A DNA stretch of 64,000 nucleotides from Candidatus Woesearchaeota archaeon (GCA_016188065.1 JACPIN010000021.1:1954-65953); one strand, 5' to 3'. Shown: positions 1 through 9,327, counted from the stretch's first letter. Notes: generated by a model from the sequence alone, not told the origin. Numbers and translations: made by a program.

Positions 1-531
1 TTGCAGTGGAATGATGCCAAACTGCAAACTCTGTATTATCAAAATCTGGAGCCTAGGTTTTGTGATTCTGCAATTAAGGCGAATTTAGATTTTGCTGATA
101 AAGTGTATGAGGAAGGATTGAGGATAGAGGAATATGACCGAGCAAGCTTCTTGACTAGCGATCTTGAATTGGAGAAGAAGAAATATGCCTTGCTGAAAGT
201 TGAGTTCTGGCTGAATAGCATCGTTCTGAAAGAAAAGTGCAAAGCCAATTACGTAAACCTGGTGTACTTCTTTGCAAATGATCCTGAATTCAATGCAGAG
301 GCTGAGCAGGATACACAGGCAGAGATACTAAAAGACCTGAAAGAAAAATACGGAAAAGATTTGATGCTGATTCCTTTGCCGATAGACTTGGATATTTCCA
401 TGATAAATATAATTAAAGAAACTTATGACATCACAAGGACGCCTACACTTCTGATAAATGAAAAGACGAAACTAGAAGGACTGCAGAACCTTGAGGAGCT
501 TTCTAAATTAATAAAGAATGGGCAGCTGTGA
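1..531 (+). CDS. hypothetical protein, 5'-truncated by the window edge; C-terminus vaguely thioredoxin-fold-like ('TRTPTLLINEK')
   Basis: ORF open from base 1; ends 14 nt into the next gene. Confidence 0.45.
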   Translation: MQWNDAKLQTLYYQNLEPRFCDSAIKANLDFADKVYEEGLRIEEYDRASFLTSDLELEKKKYALLKVEFWLNSIVLKEKCKANYVNLVYFFANDPEFNAEAEQDTQAEILKDLKEKYGKDLMLIPLPIDLDISMINIIKETYDITRTPTLLINEKTKLEGLQNLEELSKLIKNGQL

Positions 532-973
532 TCTTTGCGGGAGAGAAGCTGGATTGTTTAAAGTAAGAATAGAAGGGAGCTTAGTTAATGTATGCGAAAA
601 ATGCGGCAGATTCGGAAAAATTATTGAGAAGAAAACTGAATATTTTCCCGAGACTAAAAAATTGACTGTAAATGAGATCGAGGAAGAGATTCTTGTAGAG
701 AGTTTTAATAAAATAGTTAGAAAAGAAAGAGAGAAGAGAGGATTGACTCAAGAAGAATTAGCGAAAACCATAAACGAAAAGGTAAGCCTAATACAGAAAT
801 TAGAAAACAAGGAAATTGAGCCGGATTTTAAGATTGTAAAGAAGCTAGAAAAATATTTTGGGATTGTTTTGACTGAAAAGCAACAGCTTATAAAAGAAAA
901 AATCAAGCATTACGAAATCAAATCCTATACTTTAGGAGACTTGATTCATGAAAAGCAAAAAGGAACTGGCTAA
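518..973 (+). CDS. mbf1: archaeal MBF1 (N-terminal Zn-ribbon plus C-terminal HTH)
   Basis: 'CDLCG...CEKCGRFG' zinc ribbon, then 'REKRGLTQEELAKTINEKVSLIQKLE' cro/C1-type HTH. Confidence 0.85.
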   Translation: MGSCDLCGREAGLFKVRIEGSLVNVCEKCGRFGKIIEKKTEYFPETKKLTVNEIEEEILVESFNKIVRKEREKRGLTQEELAKTINEKVSLIQKLENKEIEPDFKIVKKLEKYFGIVLTEKQQLIKEKIKHYEIKSYTLGDLIHEKQKGTG

Positions 974-1550
974 AAAACTTTCTTATCTTGACAAGTTTGA
1001 TAATCCTGTTGTGAATCTCGAGCAATATTCTACCGATTCTGAAATAGCAGCTGAAGCGTTATGGTTTTTACACATGAATAATGGGATAAATGGAAAGATA
1101 CTTGCTGATCTTGGATGCGGCAACGGGATTTTGGGGATAGGCTGCCTGCTGCTTGGGGCTGAAAGGGTTTACTTCGTCGAGAAAGATAAAAACGCAATTG
1201 ATCTTGCTAAGAGAAATTTTGAAACTTTGAAGTTGAGAAATGGAGCCTTTGTCAATAAAGACGTTTTTGAATTTGATAAGAAAGTTGATGCCGTGATTGA
1301 AAACCCCCCTTTTGGAGTTCAAGAAGAGCACGCAGACAGAGTATTTTTAGATGCTGCAATGAAAATCAGCGATAAAATTTATAGCTTCCACAAGCTTGAG
1401 AGCCATGATTTTCTGGAGAAATATTGCAATGGCTTCAGAGTCGAGCTTTTATTTTCCTTTAATTTTGTTTTGAGAAAAACTCAGAGATTTCATAGGAAAG
1501 AAAAGCATTATGTAAAAGTTGGGTTCTTTAAGATAGACAGAAAGGTTTAA
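948..1550 (+). CDS. class I SAM-dependent methyltransferase (METTL5-like / putative RNA methylase)
   Basis: 'LADLGCGNGILG' SAM-binding motif I and 'IENPPFG' motif IV. Confidence 0.7.
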   Translation: MKSKKELAKKLSYLDKFDNPVVNLEQYSTDSEIAAEALWFLHMNNGINGKILADLGCGNGILGIGCLLLGAERVYFVEKDKNAIDLAKRNFETLKLRNGAFVNKDVFEFDKKVDAVIENPPFGVQEEHADRVFLDAAMKISDKIYSFHKLESHDFLEKYCNGFRVELLFSFNFVLRKTQRFHRKEKHYVKVGFFKIDRKV

Positions 1551-1575
1551 AAGTGCTGTAAATTGTGGCAGAGAG

Positions 1576-1842
1576 ATGGAAGTTCAATTTCTTATTGAGG
1601 AAAAAAATAAGGTCAAAGTCGAGATAAAAGGCGAGGGGCATACATTGTGCAATCCTCTTGTCAAGGAGCTTTGGAAAGACGATAAAGTTGATATTGCCGG
1701 CTATAGCATTGATCATTCTCTTGTCAGCAACCCTTTTTTGACTGTTGAGGGAAGTGATGCTAAAAATAGCTTAAGAAAAGCGATAGAAAGATTAAATAAA
1801 AAAGCAAAAGACTTGGATGATAAATTTAAAAAGGCCAAATAA
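1576..1842 (+). CDS. rpoL: DNA-directed RNA polymerase subunit L (Rpo11)
   Basis: 'KVEIKGEGHTLCNPLVKEL...DIAGYSIDHSLVSNPFLTVE' matches the Rpo11/RpoL pattern; size 88 aa. Confidence 0.8.
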   Translation: MEVQFLIEEKNKVKVEIKGEGHTLCNPLVKELWKDDKVDIAGYSIDHSLVSNPFLTVEGSDAKNSLRKAIERLNKKAKDLDDKFKKAK

Positions 1843-1853
1843 TTTTTTTATTT

Positions 1854-2498
1854 ATGAGCTGGAAAAAGCTTTGGTGGTTTATCTGGAAAGATGATAGTTT
1901 TGCTAGCCTTTTGGTGAATATTTTAATTGCGATAGTTCTGATCAAATTCGTTGTTTATCCTATCCTTGGCTTGATTTTGGGGACTAGCTTTCCTGTTGTT
2001 GCAGTTGTCAGCTGCAGCATGCAGCATGATGCTACTAATTGCTGGGCTGACTGCTATTTGAAAGGACAGGGCAATTTAAATTATTGCATGAACAGAGAAG
2101 AGAATTTATGCGGGAAAAATGCGGAAAAGAATTACTGGGGTGCCTGCGGCGAGTGGTATGAAAATAAAGGAATTACAAAAGATGAGTTTGAAGAATTTCC
2201 GCAGAAGAATGGCTTTAACATAGGGGACATCTTTGTGCTGAAAAAAGCTGATAGTGTGGAGATTGGTGATGTGATAGTGTACAATAATAAGGTTAACAAT
2301 GCCCCAATTATACATAGAGTAGTGGATATTAAGGATGGATACTATACAACTAAAGGAGACCATAATTCCGATACTTTCTTCTTTGAGGAGAAAATTGCAA
2401 AAGAGCAGGTTTATGGGAAAGTTTTATTAAAGATACCCTACTTAGGCTGGGTTAAAGTCATGTTCAATATATTGCTTAAGGGAATTGGTGTGATATGA
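1854..2498 (+). CDS. signal peptidase I, archaeal/ER type (S26B), with a Cys-rich insertion
   Basis: N-terminal TM, 'VVSCSMQH' (Ser box), 'GDIFVLKK', 'IHRVV', 'TKGDHN'. Confidence 0.7.
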   Translation: MSWKKLWWFIWKDDSFASLLVNILIAIVLIKFVVYPILGLILGTSFPVVAVVSCSMQHDATNCWADCYLKGQGNLNYCMNREENLCGKNAEKNYWGACGEWYENKGITKDEFEEFPQKNGFNIGDIFVLKKADSVEIGDVIVYNNKVNNAPIIHRVVDIKDGYYTTKGDHNSDTFFFEEKIAKEQVYGKVLLKIPYLGWVKVMFNILLKGIGVI

Positions 2499-2812
2499 AG
2501 TTTTGCAGCAGCGATGGGGGGCTATTAGTCCCTGACAAATCTGGAAAGAAAAAACTAGTTTGCATCAGGTGCGGGAAGAGCTTTCCAATGACTAAAGAAA
2601 AAGTAATTCTTAAAGAGGGGGTTAAAAGCAAAGAAAGAATTGAGGTTGTTGACAGCAATATTGAGGTTAATCCCAAAGTTGATATTGAGTGCCCTAAATG
2701 CGGACATGGAAAAGCATACTATTGGAGCTTGCAGACTAGAGCTGCTGACGAGGGGGAAACTAGATTTTACAAATGCGTTAAATGTAATCATAAATGGAGA
2801 GACTATACTTGA
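2495..2812 (+). CDS. tfs: transcription factor S (TFS / RpoM-like)
   Basis: two Zn ribbons 'CIRCG' and 'CPKCGHGKAYYWSLQTRAADEGETRFYKCVKCNHKW'. Confidence 0.88.
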   Translation: MKFCSSDGGLLVPDKSGKKKLVCIRCGKSFPMTKEKVILKEGVKSKERIEVVDSNIEVNPKVDIECPKCGHGKAYYWSLQTRAADEGETRFYKCVKCNHKWRDYT

Positions 2813-3075
2813 AAGGGTTTGTTAGAAAATTGATTGGATATGAAAAACAGCCTGAGTTAAGAACTTTAAAAATTATTTTGAAAAGTATCTCCAAAAATTC
2901 TTACTTAGAATTAGAGAAAATTTTTAGCAGCATGGAAGGGATTACTTGCCCCGGACTTGATGTGCCAACCAAAAAATTTGAGACAGTCTACGATCCGAGT
3001 GTGATAAGCAAGGAAAAAATTCTGCAAATTGTAAAAAAGCTTGGCTACTGTATTGAAAAAGTTTTTGATAGTTAA
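2794..3075 (+). CDS. hypothetical protein (start uncertain)
   Basis: ORF only; overlaps the tfs stop. Confidence 0.3.
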   Translation: MERLYLKGFVRKLIGYEKQPELRTLKIILKSISKNSYLELEKIFSSMEGITCPGLDVPTKKFETVYDPSVISKEKILQIVKKLGYCIEKVFDS

Positions 3076-3124
3076 TAGTTTAAAAGCAGTTATATTTATA
3101 TAGAAGTTTAAAATATATATTCTT

Positions 3125-3544
3125 ATGGTAGTTTGGAATGCAGTTGTTGTTCTTGGAGTTATTCTCGGATTGTATGAATTATTTGCTATCCATGGGGACT
3201 TGAATTTTCGAGGAAGCCACTGGATTGGGCATGGGGTACATTCTATAATCTTGATGATGATCGGGTTGTTTGCTGTCTTTAACTGGCAGCTGTTTTTAGA
3301 CATCACTACCTTGTCTTCCAGCAGTATCCCTTTTTTAAGCAATGTCTGGATAGGAAGAATTGCAATAGGATTGATTTTAAATTTGAAGATGCATGCTGTC
3401 TCGAAAGTTGTTCATGGCCAATTAGCTGCTAGGGGAATGGCTGAGCACTGGACACATACTTTGCTTGTTTCTGGGCTTGTTGTTGCCGCTCCTTTATATT
3501 GGCCATATATCGAACCATTACTTCCAATATGGCTGATTTTTTAA
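3125..3544 (+). CDS. hypothetical integral membrane protein
   Basis: about four hydrophobic segments. Confidence 0.5.
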   Translation: MVVWNAVVVLGVILGLYELFAIHGDLNFRGSHWIGHGVHSIILMMIGLFAVFNWQLFLDITTLSSSSIPFLSNVWIGRIAIGLILNLKMHAVSKVVHGQLAARGMAEHWTHTLLVSGLVVAAPLYWPYIEPLLPIWLIF

Positions 3545-3598
3545 ATTATATTTTTAAAGATACTTAATTTTATAAATTAGCAATTTAAAACATTATTT

Positions 3599-4342
3599 AT
3601 GAAACTGGTATTAGCCGAGACAAAACTGTTGAAAGAGCCGATCAGTATACTATCTGACCTGGTTAATGATGTGCAATTCAAGATTGACAAAGAGAAATTA
3701 GAGATTGCCGCTACAGATCCTGCCAACGTCGTTCTTGCAGTTTTTAAATTATTGAGCAGCGCCTTTATTGAATACCAAGTCGATGATAAAGAGATTATTT
3801 GCGTCAGCCTGGATAATCTAAATCAAATATTGAGAAGGCTAAAAGGGAATGATGTTTTAACTTTGGAGCTGGACAAGAGAAGAAATAAATTAAGAGTGGG
3901 AATGCAGGGGGACTCTCAGAGATTATTTCATTTGAGCTTGATTGACATAGAGGAGAAAGAGCACCATATTCCTGAGCTGGAATTCAAATCTAATGTGATA
4001 ATGAATTCAAAGATGCTTGAGGATGCAGTTGAGGATGTTGGCATTGTTGCTGAAAGCGTTGCACTCGGGTTGAGCAAGGAAAGGATGACAATCAAAGGGG
4101 AAGGGAATTTGAGCAATGCCCATGTTGAATTTCCTAAAGGCGAGAATACTGAGATCAGCACTGAAGACGAAATCAATGCCAAGTATAGCATAGAGTACTT
4201 AAAAAAACTGATAAAGGGCGGAAAGCTGAGCGATAAAGTCGCAATTAGATGGAATACTGACTATCCGTTAAAATTAGAATACAATGTTTTGGATAAATTA
4301 GCTTTGAGCTTTATCCTGGCTCCAAGAATTTCTGAAGATTAA
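3599..4342 (+). CDS. pcn: DNA polymerase sliding clamp (PCNA)
   Basis: 247 aa; 'LEIAATDPANVVLAVF', 'KYSIEYLKK', C-terminal 'FILAPRI'. Confidence 0.9.
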   Translation: MKLVLAETKLLKEPISILSDLVNDVQFKIDKEKLEIAATDPANVVLAVFKLLSSAFIEYQVDDKEIICVSLDNLNQILRRLKGNDVLTLELDKRRNKLRVGMQGDSQRLFHLSLIDIEEKEHHIPELEFKSNVIMNSKMLEDAVEDVGIVAESVALGLSKERMTIKGEGNLSNAHVEFPKGENTEISTEDEINAKYSIEYLKKLIKGGKLSDKVAIRWNTDYPLKLEYNVLDKLALSFILAPRISED

Positions 4343-4377
4343 AATGAACCCTTTATGAAAACATTCACGAAAATAAA

Positions 4378-4836
4378 ATGGATGAGATTGAGAAGGCAAT
4401 TAGGAAGATAAGGAATGGGGTTTTTGTAATAACTTTTAATTTAGACGGGAAACATTATGGGATGACTAGTGCATGGGTTAACCGTGCCAGCTTTAAGCCA
4501 AATATACTGACGGTAAGCATAGGAAAAAACAGGAAAGGCTGTGAAGAGCTTTTGGATGCAGAGGTTTTTTGCGTTAATATTCTTGGCAATGAACACTTAG
4601 AAATTGCGAGACACTTTGGATCCACCGATGGCAAAAACTTGAATAATTTTAAAGACATTGAAGTGAAAGAGATGGAAGATGGGAGCCCTGTGCTAGAGAA
4701 TTGCGTCGGTGCTGTTGAATGCAAGCTGGTTAAGAAAATTGATGCTGGAGATCACGTAGTTTTATTTGGAGAGATTTTGAATGGGGCAATCCAGGATGGA
4801 GAAAGCATGATTTTTGATAGAAATGAGTTTTCTTAG
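4378..4836 (+). CDS. flavin reductase-like (FMN-binding split-barrel) protein
   Basis: 'GMTSAWVNRASFKPNILTVSIGK...H' pattern; 152 aa. Confidence 0.65.
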   Translation: MDEIEKAIRKIRNGVFVITFNLDGKHYGMTSAWVNRASFKPNILTVSIGKNRKGCEELLDAEVFCVNILGNEHLEIARHFGSTDGKNLNNFKDIEVKEMEDGSPVLENCVGAVECKLVKKIDAGDHVVLFGEILNGAIQDGESMIFDRNEFS

Positions 4837-4941
4837 CTAGATAGATTATAAATCCTGATTAAAACTATTAAAATCATTGATTTATAAATGTTTCACTAAA
4901 AAGCGAAAGATTTATAAATAAAATATTCTTTAAAGTGAAAT

Positions 4942-5550
4942 ATGAAATATGAGAAGATCTATAGGGAAATCCTTATAGGGGCACTTGAAAGAAGGGAAAG
5001 ATTTACACAACTTGAGTTATCTAAAAAATGCGCTCTTTCGCTAGGTTTCGTCAATAAAATAATAAAAAGATTAGCAGAAATTGGAGCGGTGGATATACAG
5101 AGAAGAGGATTTAGAATAATAGATAGCTCTAAGATCCTTTTTGACTGGGCATCTAAAAGAAGAATAAAGAAAGAGGTTTCTGAGAGTTATTGCATTGATA
5201 TGAATATTGGTGAAATAGAGAAGTCTTTGCCTTTTATATTCACGGCTTATTCTGCATGGAGATTATTAATGAATTCTATGCCATTTGATTATGATGAAGT
5301 TTATATTTATGTTCCTATTGAAGGAAAAAAATTATTTAGAATGTGGCTTAAGGATAAACCTGCTAAAAAAAGAAAAGAAAATTTGTTTGTTATTTTTACG
5401 GATGATGATCATTTAATAAAGAATAGCAAAAATAAAATTGCACCATTGCCTCAGATATTTGTCGATACTTATAATCTTGGAAGCATAGCTAGTAAATATT
5501 TTATAAAAGAAATGCTGGATAAATATCCTATTTTTAAGGTAGAGGCTTAA
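4942..5550 (+). CDS. winged-helix DNA-binding protein, possible AbiEi-like partner of the next gene
   Basis: N-terminal 'FTQLELSKKCALSLGFVNKIIKRLAEIGAV' wHTH; 1-nt gap to the next ORF. Confidence 0.45.
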   Translation: MKYEKIYREILIGALERRERFTQLELSKKCALSLGFVNKIIKRLAEIGAVDIQRRGFRIIDSSKILFDWASKRRIKKEVSESYCIDMNIGEIEKSLPFIFTAYSAWRLLMNSMPFDYDEVYIYVPIEGKKLFRMWLKDKPAKKRKENLFVIFTDDDHLIKNSKNKIAPLPQIFVDTYNLGSIASKYFIKEMLDKYPIFKVEA

Positions 5551-5551
5551 A

Positions 5552-6190
5552 ATGGAATTGTGGAATGAAACTGTAGTTGAGAAGAGTTATGATATATTAA
5601 ATAAAATAAAGGAAGAATTAGATTTTATTATTATAGGCGGATGGGCTTCTTGGTTTCATACTAAAACAGTAAAATCAAAAGATATAGATATATATGTTGA
5701 TTTTGGAGACTTTTTTAATTTTCAAAAATCTCTTGCTAATAAGGGGATTTTTATTTCTCTAAATCAAAAACTGAAAAAATACGAATCTAAGATAGATGAC
5801 GTGGATATTGATATCTATACTCCCAATTATTGTGATTTAATAATTCCCTGCAAGGATGTGTTTTTTGAGAAGTGGTTTAAGAAAATTGATGGGTTTAATG
5901 TTATCTTGCCTGAGCCTTTTTTGATTTTGAAATTAAAGGCCGAAGAAAATAGGAGCGGAACAATAAAAGGATTTAAGGATAGGATAGATATTCTTGCGAT
6001 GATTCATAAATCGGATTTGGATAGAAAATTTTTGTCAGAAATAGAAAAGAGATATAAATTTGATGCAAAGGGAAGGGTTTCAAAAATAATTAGAACGGCT
6101 AAAAAGGAATTCGAATATTTCTTTCCAGAATATCAAAATTTAAGATTACTAAAGAAATTAAAATTAGATTTGATGAAAAAATTGGACTGA
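5552..6190 (+). CDS. nucleotidyltransferase-fold protein (AbiEii/MNT-like)
   Basis: 'FIIIGGWASWFH...SKDIDIYVD' G-x-S...DxD-type NTase signature. Confidence 0.5.
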   Translation: MELWNETVVEKSYDILNKIKEELDFIIIGGWASWFHTKTVKSKDIDIYVDFGDFFNFQKSLANKGIFISLNQKLKKYESKIDDVDIDIYTPNYCDLIIPCKDVFFEKWFKKIDGFNVILPEPFLILKLKAEENRSGTIKGFKDRIDILAMIHKSDLDRKFLSEIEKRYKFDAKGRVSKIIRTAKKEFEYFFPEYQNLRLLKKLKLDLMKKLD

Positions 6191-6298
6191 TTCTGCAGGG
6201 TTAATTTTATATATTAGTTTGAGTTCTATGAAATAAGTTATATAAATTAAATTGCTAAGCTAAATAAGTTAAATAAGCTAAGTTAGTTAAGTTATTTC

Positions 6299-6436
6299 AT
6301 GACAAGAGTGAACATAGAAGTTGAGGATGAGCTGCACAAGAAGGCTAAATTAGCTGCTGTTCTGGAAAATAAAACTTTGATAGAATTCATTAATGATGCT
6401 ATTAGAGAAAAGGTTGAAAAAGGTAAAAGAAAATGA
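6299..6436 (+). CDS. ribbon-helix-helix (CopG/Arc-like) small protein, 45 aa; not in the ORF track
   Basis: Translates to 'MTRVNIEVEDELHKKAKLAAVLENKTLIEFINDAIREKVEKGKRK'; stop overlaps the next start (AAATGATG). Confidence 0.6.
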   Translation: MTRVNIEVEDELHKKAKLAAVLENKTLIEFINDAIREKVEKGKRK

Positions 6437-7212
6437 TGTTTGATGAAAAAAGAGGGCAGAGCACTATTTTCATTATAGCTGGAATTGTTATTGTTATAGC
6501 TGCTGTTCTTGTTGTGTTCTTTATGCGTGAGAATGTGCAAATTGGCGAGAGGATAACAACTGCTCAAATAGAGCCAATTAAGGAATATGTTGAGGGATGC
6601 GTTAAAGATGAATTGAAGGAAAATTTGGAAAATAGACGAGAATTCGGAGGTAGAGACATTCCTGACTTTGCTGCCCGTAAACTTCAACCAGATTATCCAG
6701 ATTACAATGTTTTAAATGTTCCAAGCAATAATCTACCGTCGTTACTTGCTATTGAAAGAGAAATCTCTATTAAGATCAAATCTAATTTAGAAAATGTTTG
6801 TACCTTAGAAAGATTTAGAGATAATTTTAATGTTGAAAAGAAAGGAGATATAGGTGTCAGAGTTAATATCTCTGACAAACTTATTGAGGTCGATGTTAGC
6901 TACCCCATTGTTATTGAGAAAGCTAATTTCAAAACTGAGGTTAAGGATTTTAATGTGATTTATGAAAATAAATTTGGAAAAATATACGGTGTTGTTAGAG
7001 ATATCTTAAATGGATTTGATGCCGGAACTAATGAGCCTATTTCCAGCTACTGCTTTGGTTCTCCTGATTTAATTTGTAATGTTGTTGAAAATAGTGGAGG
7101 GTTGATGTTTGTTCAAGTTGGTGAGGTGGATAAATTTCCTAAACCAAGCGGAAATCGATTTGTTACAGGAGATGCAAGGGAGGTTTTTACATTTGTGATT
7201 GCTAAACCATGA
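6433..7212 (+). CDS. class III signal peptide (archaeal prepilin-like) protein, 259 aa
   Basis: 'EKRGQSTIFIIAGIVIVIAAVLVVFF': [KR]G-Q followed by a hydrophobic helix. Confidence 0.65.
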   Translation: MMFDEKRGQSTIFIIAGIVIVIAAVLVVFFMRENVQIGERITTAQIEPIKEYVEGCVKDELKENLENRREFGGRDIPDFAARKLQPDYPDYNVLNVPSNNLPSLLAIEREISIKIKSNLENVCTLERFRDNFNVEKKGDIGVRVNISDKLIEVDVSYPIVIEKANFKTEVKDFNVIYENKFGKIYGVVRDILNGFDAGTNEPISSYCFGSPDLICNVVENSGGLMFVQVGEVDKFPKPSGNRFVTGDAREVFTFVIAKP

Positions 7213-9326
7213 ATAAGAAGATTTTGTTTTGGATATTTGTATTTGTTTTTTCAATAATTAATGTTCATATATCTTTCTCGCAAAGTAATGTTTGCTGCTT
7301 GGAGGCCGATGGATACTGCAGTTCTAACAAAGAGATTAATACTTGTGTGTCTGGAGGGGGAGTCTCTCTCGGAGCTGCTAGTTGCTACAAAATTGATTGG
7401 AGCTCTAATTTTAACCAGTGTTCGCTTGTTAGCTGTGTATTCTCAAATGTTAATAAATGTAGCTTTACGACTGCTTCCCGATGTCAGGCTTTGAATGGAA
7501 GAATTGACAATACTTTAGATAAAGATGGATGCAGTAGGTTCAATATTCCTATTGTTAGCAAAGGTTGTTGTGTTGTTGGTAATTCTTGCAGTCAGATTTC
7601 CAATAATGAGTGTACTCAAATGAAAGGTAATCTTGTTTCAAGAACTTGCAAAGATGTTCCTGCTTGCAACGGAAAATGTGGAGAGACGAGAGAGATTTGC
7701 AGTTCTGATGGGAGGAGAATAGAAAAATGGAATAATTGCGGACTATTAGATGCTGGAAATGAGCTTCCTAGCGATCAAAGATGTGTTCTTGAAGATGGAA
7801 GAGTTAAGACTAAAAGCACTTCTTGTAAAGTTGGCGATTCTACAATAGTAAGAAAGATGAATCTTGGGACGAAAGAGCCACTTGTCAAAGAAGAGATTAT
7901 TACAAAAGATATGCTAGGGGGATTTAAGAATGTAGAGAAAACTGAAAGAAAGAATGGAGAGAGCTGGTGTATAATTTATGGAACTGAAGATGGGAGAAAT
8001 TGGAAATTGTACCCTAAAGGGGCATTAGATGATAAGGATAATCCTTGGTCTGGTAAAAATTATAAGAAATTAAGAATTGAATACTCTGCAGGACAGAGGC
8101 ATGCAGTTTATAGCTGTCAGGATGGAAACATTGTTGTTGATGAAGGTGATCAGTTTAGGGTTAAAAGTGGGATTTGTTTTCAAAATGACGAATTCAGATA
8201 TTATCTTTTAGGTACTAGTGATGAAGATTTGGCTACTTGTGATAAAGACGCATCTATTTGGAGAACTGATACATTTCCGGATTTGGTTTTATTTGGAGAG
8301 CTTTATGATCCAAAGGAAAATGCGAATTATTTAAACTTATTAATTAATAAATTAGGAGTTAGCGGTACGGGTTCTAGAACTCGGGGGGTTAGAAATGATC
8401 CTATTAAGAATGCTTTAGCTGATTATCAGAAAGATTTTAGTCGAGCTAAATTAGTTGATAATTACGCAATTACGACTAGTTGCAGAGCAAGATATCCATA
8501 TGGTAATATTTTTTATGGTGAGAAAGCAGTGAATGATATCGCTCCTGAGCCTATATGTGGGAAATGCGGAGAGGGATTTTTTAACCGATGTGATAAAGAT
8601 GAATGCCATAGACGAGGGGATTGTAGTTATAAAGGAAGAGGATTTTTTGGGATCTTTAAAGGATGCGCAACGGGTGCTGCTATTGCTGAGATTATGTATT
8701 TAACCGCTGGTAGTGCTGGTTTACATTCTGGGGGCGGATGGGGGACTATTTTTGCCAGTCAACCTGTTGCAGGTAGCATTGCTGTTGATGTTTCTCAGCC
8801 AGTTGGAGCTGTTGGTACAGGTATACAAGGATCTGGAGTTTCTGCTGCTAGTAGTGTTGGACAAGTAAGTCCTTTTGTTTCAGGTGGAGGAACAGGAATT
8901 CCTGTGAGTGTTGGTAGTTCTACTGTTTCCTTTGGTCCTCCTACTGGTACTGGAGTTTTCACTTCAGGGGTAAGTGCAGGAACGAGTGCTGCTCAGACGA
9001 CTACTGTTCTAGTTGTTAAGGAAGGCAGTGCTTCCATGGCATCTCAGATAGCACAATATACTTCTGCAGCTGCAGCGGGTAATCAAATTGTTGCTACTTT
9101 TCGCGGACCGAGGAATTTGAGAGATGCTCCTTCACTTGATGCTGACGTTGTTGGTGTTGCTCAGAGCGGACAGCCTCTTCCGGTTGTTGAGTATAAATTG
9201 GATGGCGACAAATTATACGGGAAAACTATTGACGGTAAATGGGCTTTGTTAAATTCTCCGGATGGAACTAATCCTGCAACATTGTCTTACTCTCCTATAA
9301 ATCCTGGAGATATAAAAGGTAGTTAA
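7209..9326 (+). CDS. Cys-rich secreted/surface protein with a G/S/V/T-rich linker and a C-terminal SH3b-like domain
   Basis: Sec-type signal 'KKILFWIFVFVFSIINVHISFSQ'; many Cys; C-terminal 'LRDAPSLDADVVGVAQSGQPLPVVEY...GKTIDGKWALL'. Confidence 0.7.
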   Translation: MNKKILFWIFVFVFSIINVHISFSQSNVCCLEADGYCSSNKEINTCVSGGGVSLGAASCYKIDWSSNFNQCSLVSCVFSNVNKCSFTTASRCQALNGRIDNTLDKDGCSRFNIPIVSKGCCVVGNSCSQISNNECTQMKGNLVSRTCKDVPACNGKCGETREICSSDGRRIEKWNNCGLLDAGNELPSDQRCVLEDGRVKTKSTSCKVGDSTIVRKMNLGTKEPLVKEEIITKDMLGGFKNVEKTERKNGESWCIIYGTEDGRNWKLYPKGALDDKDNPWSGKNYKKLRIEYSAGQRHAVYSCQDGNIVVDEGDQFRVKSGICFQNDEFRYYLLGTSDEDLATCDKDASIWRTDTFPDLVLFGELYDPKENANYLNLLINKLGVSGTGSRTRGVRNDPIKNALADYQKDFSRAKLVDNYAITTSCRARYPYGNIFYGEKAVNDIAPEPICGKCGEGFFNRCDKDECHRRGDCSYKGRGFFGIFKGCATGAAIAEIMYLTAGSAGLHSGGGWGTIFASQPVAGSIAVDVSQPVGAVGTGIQGSGVSAASSVGQVSPFVSGGGTGIPVSVGSSTVSFGPPTGTGVFTSGVSAGTSAAQTTTVLVVKEGSASMASQIAQYTSAAAAGNQIVATFRGPRNLRDAPSLDADVVGVAQSGQPLPVVEYKLDGDKLYGKTIDGKWALLNSPDGTNPATLSYSPINPGDIKGS

Positions 9327-9327
9327 T

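Noticed and set aside
6292-6687. 131-aa minus-strand ORF in the track overlapping the RHH gene and the first prepilin-like gene
   Set aside because: It is antisense to two better-supported plus-strand genes that have coupled starts. The sequence is low-complexity Ser/Asn/Leu-rich, and no RBS is present.
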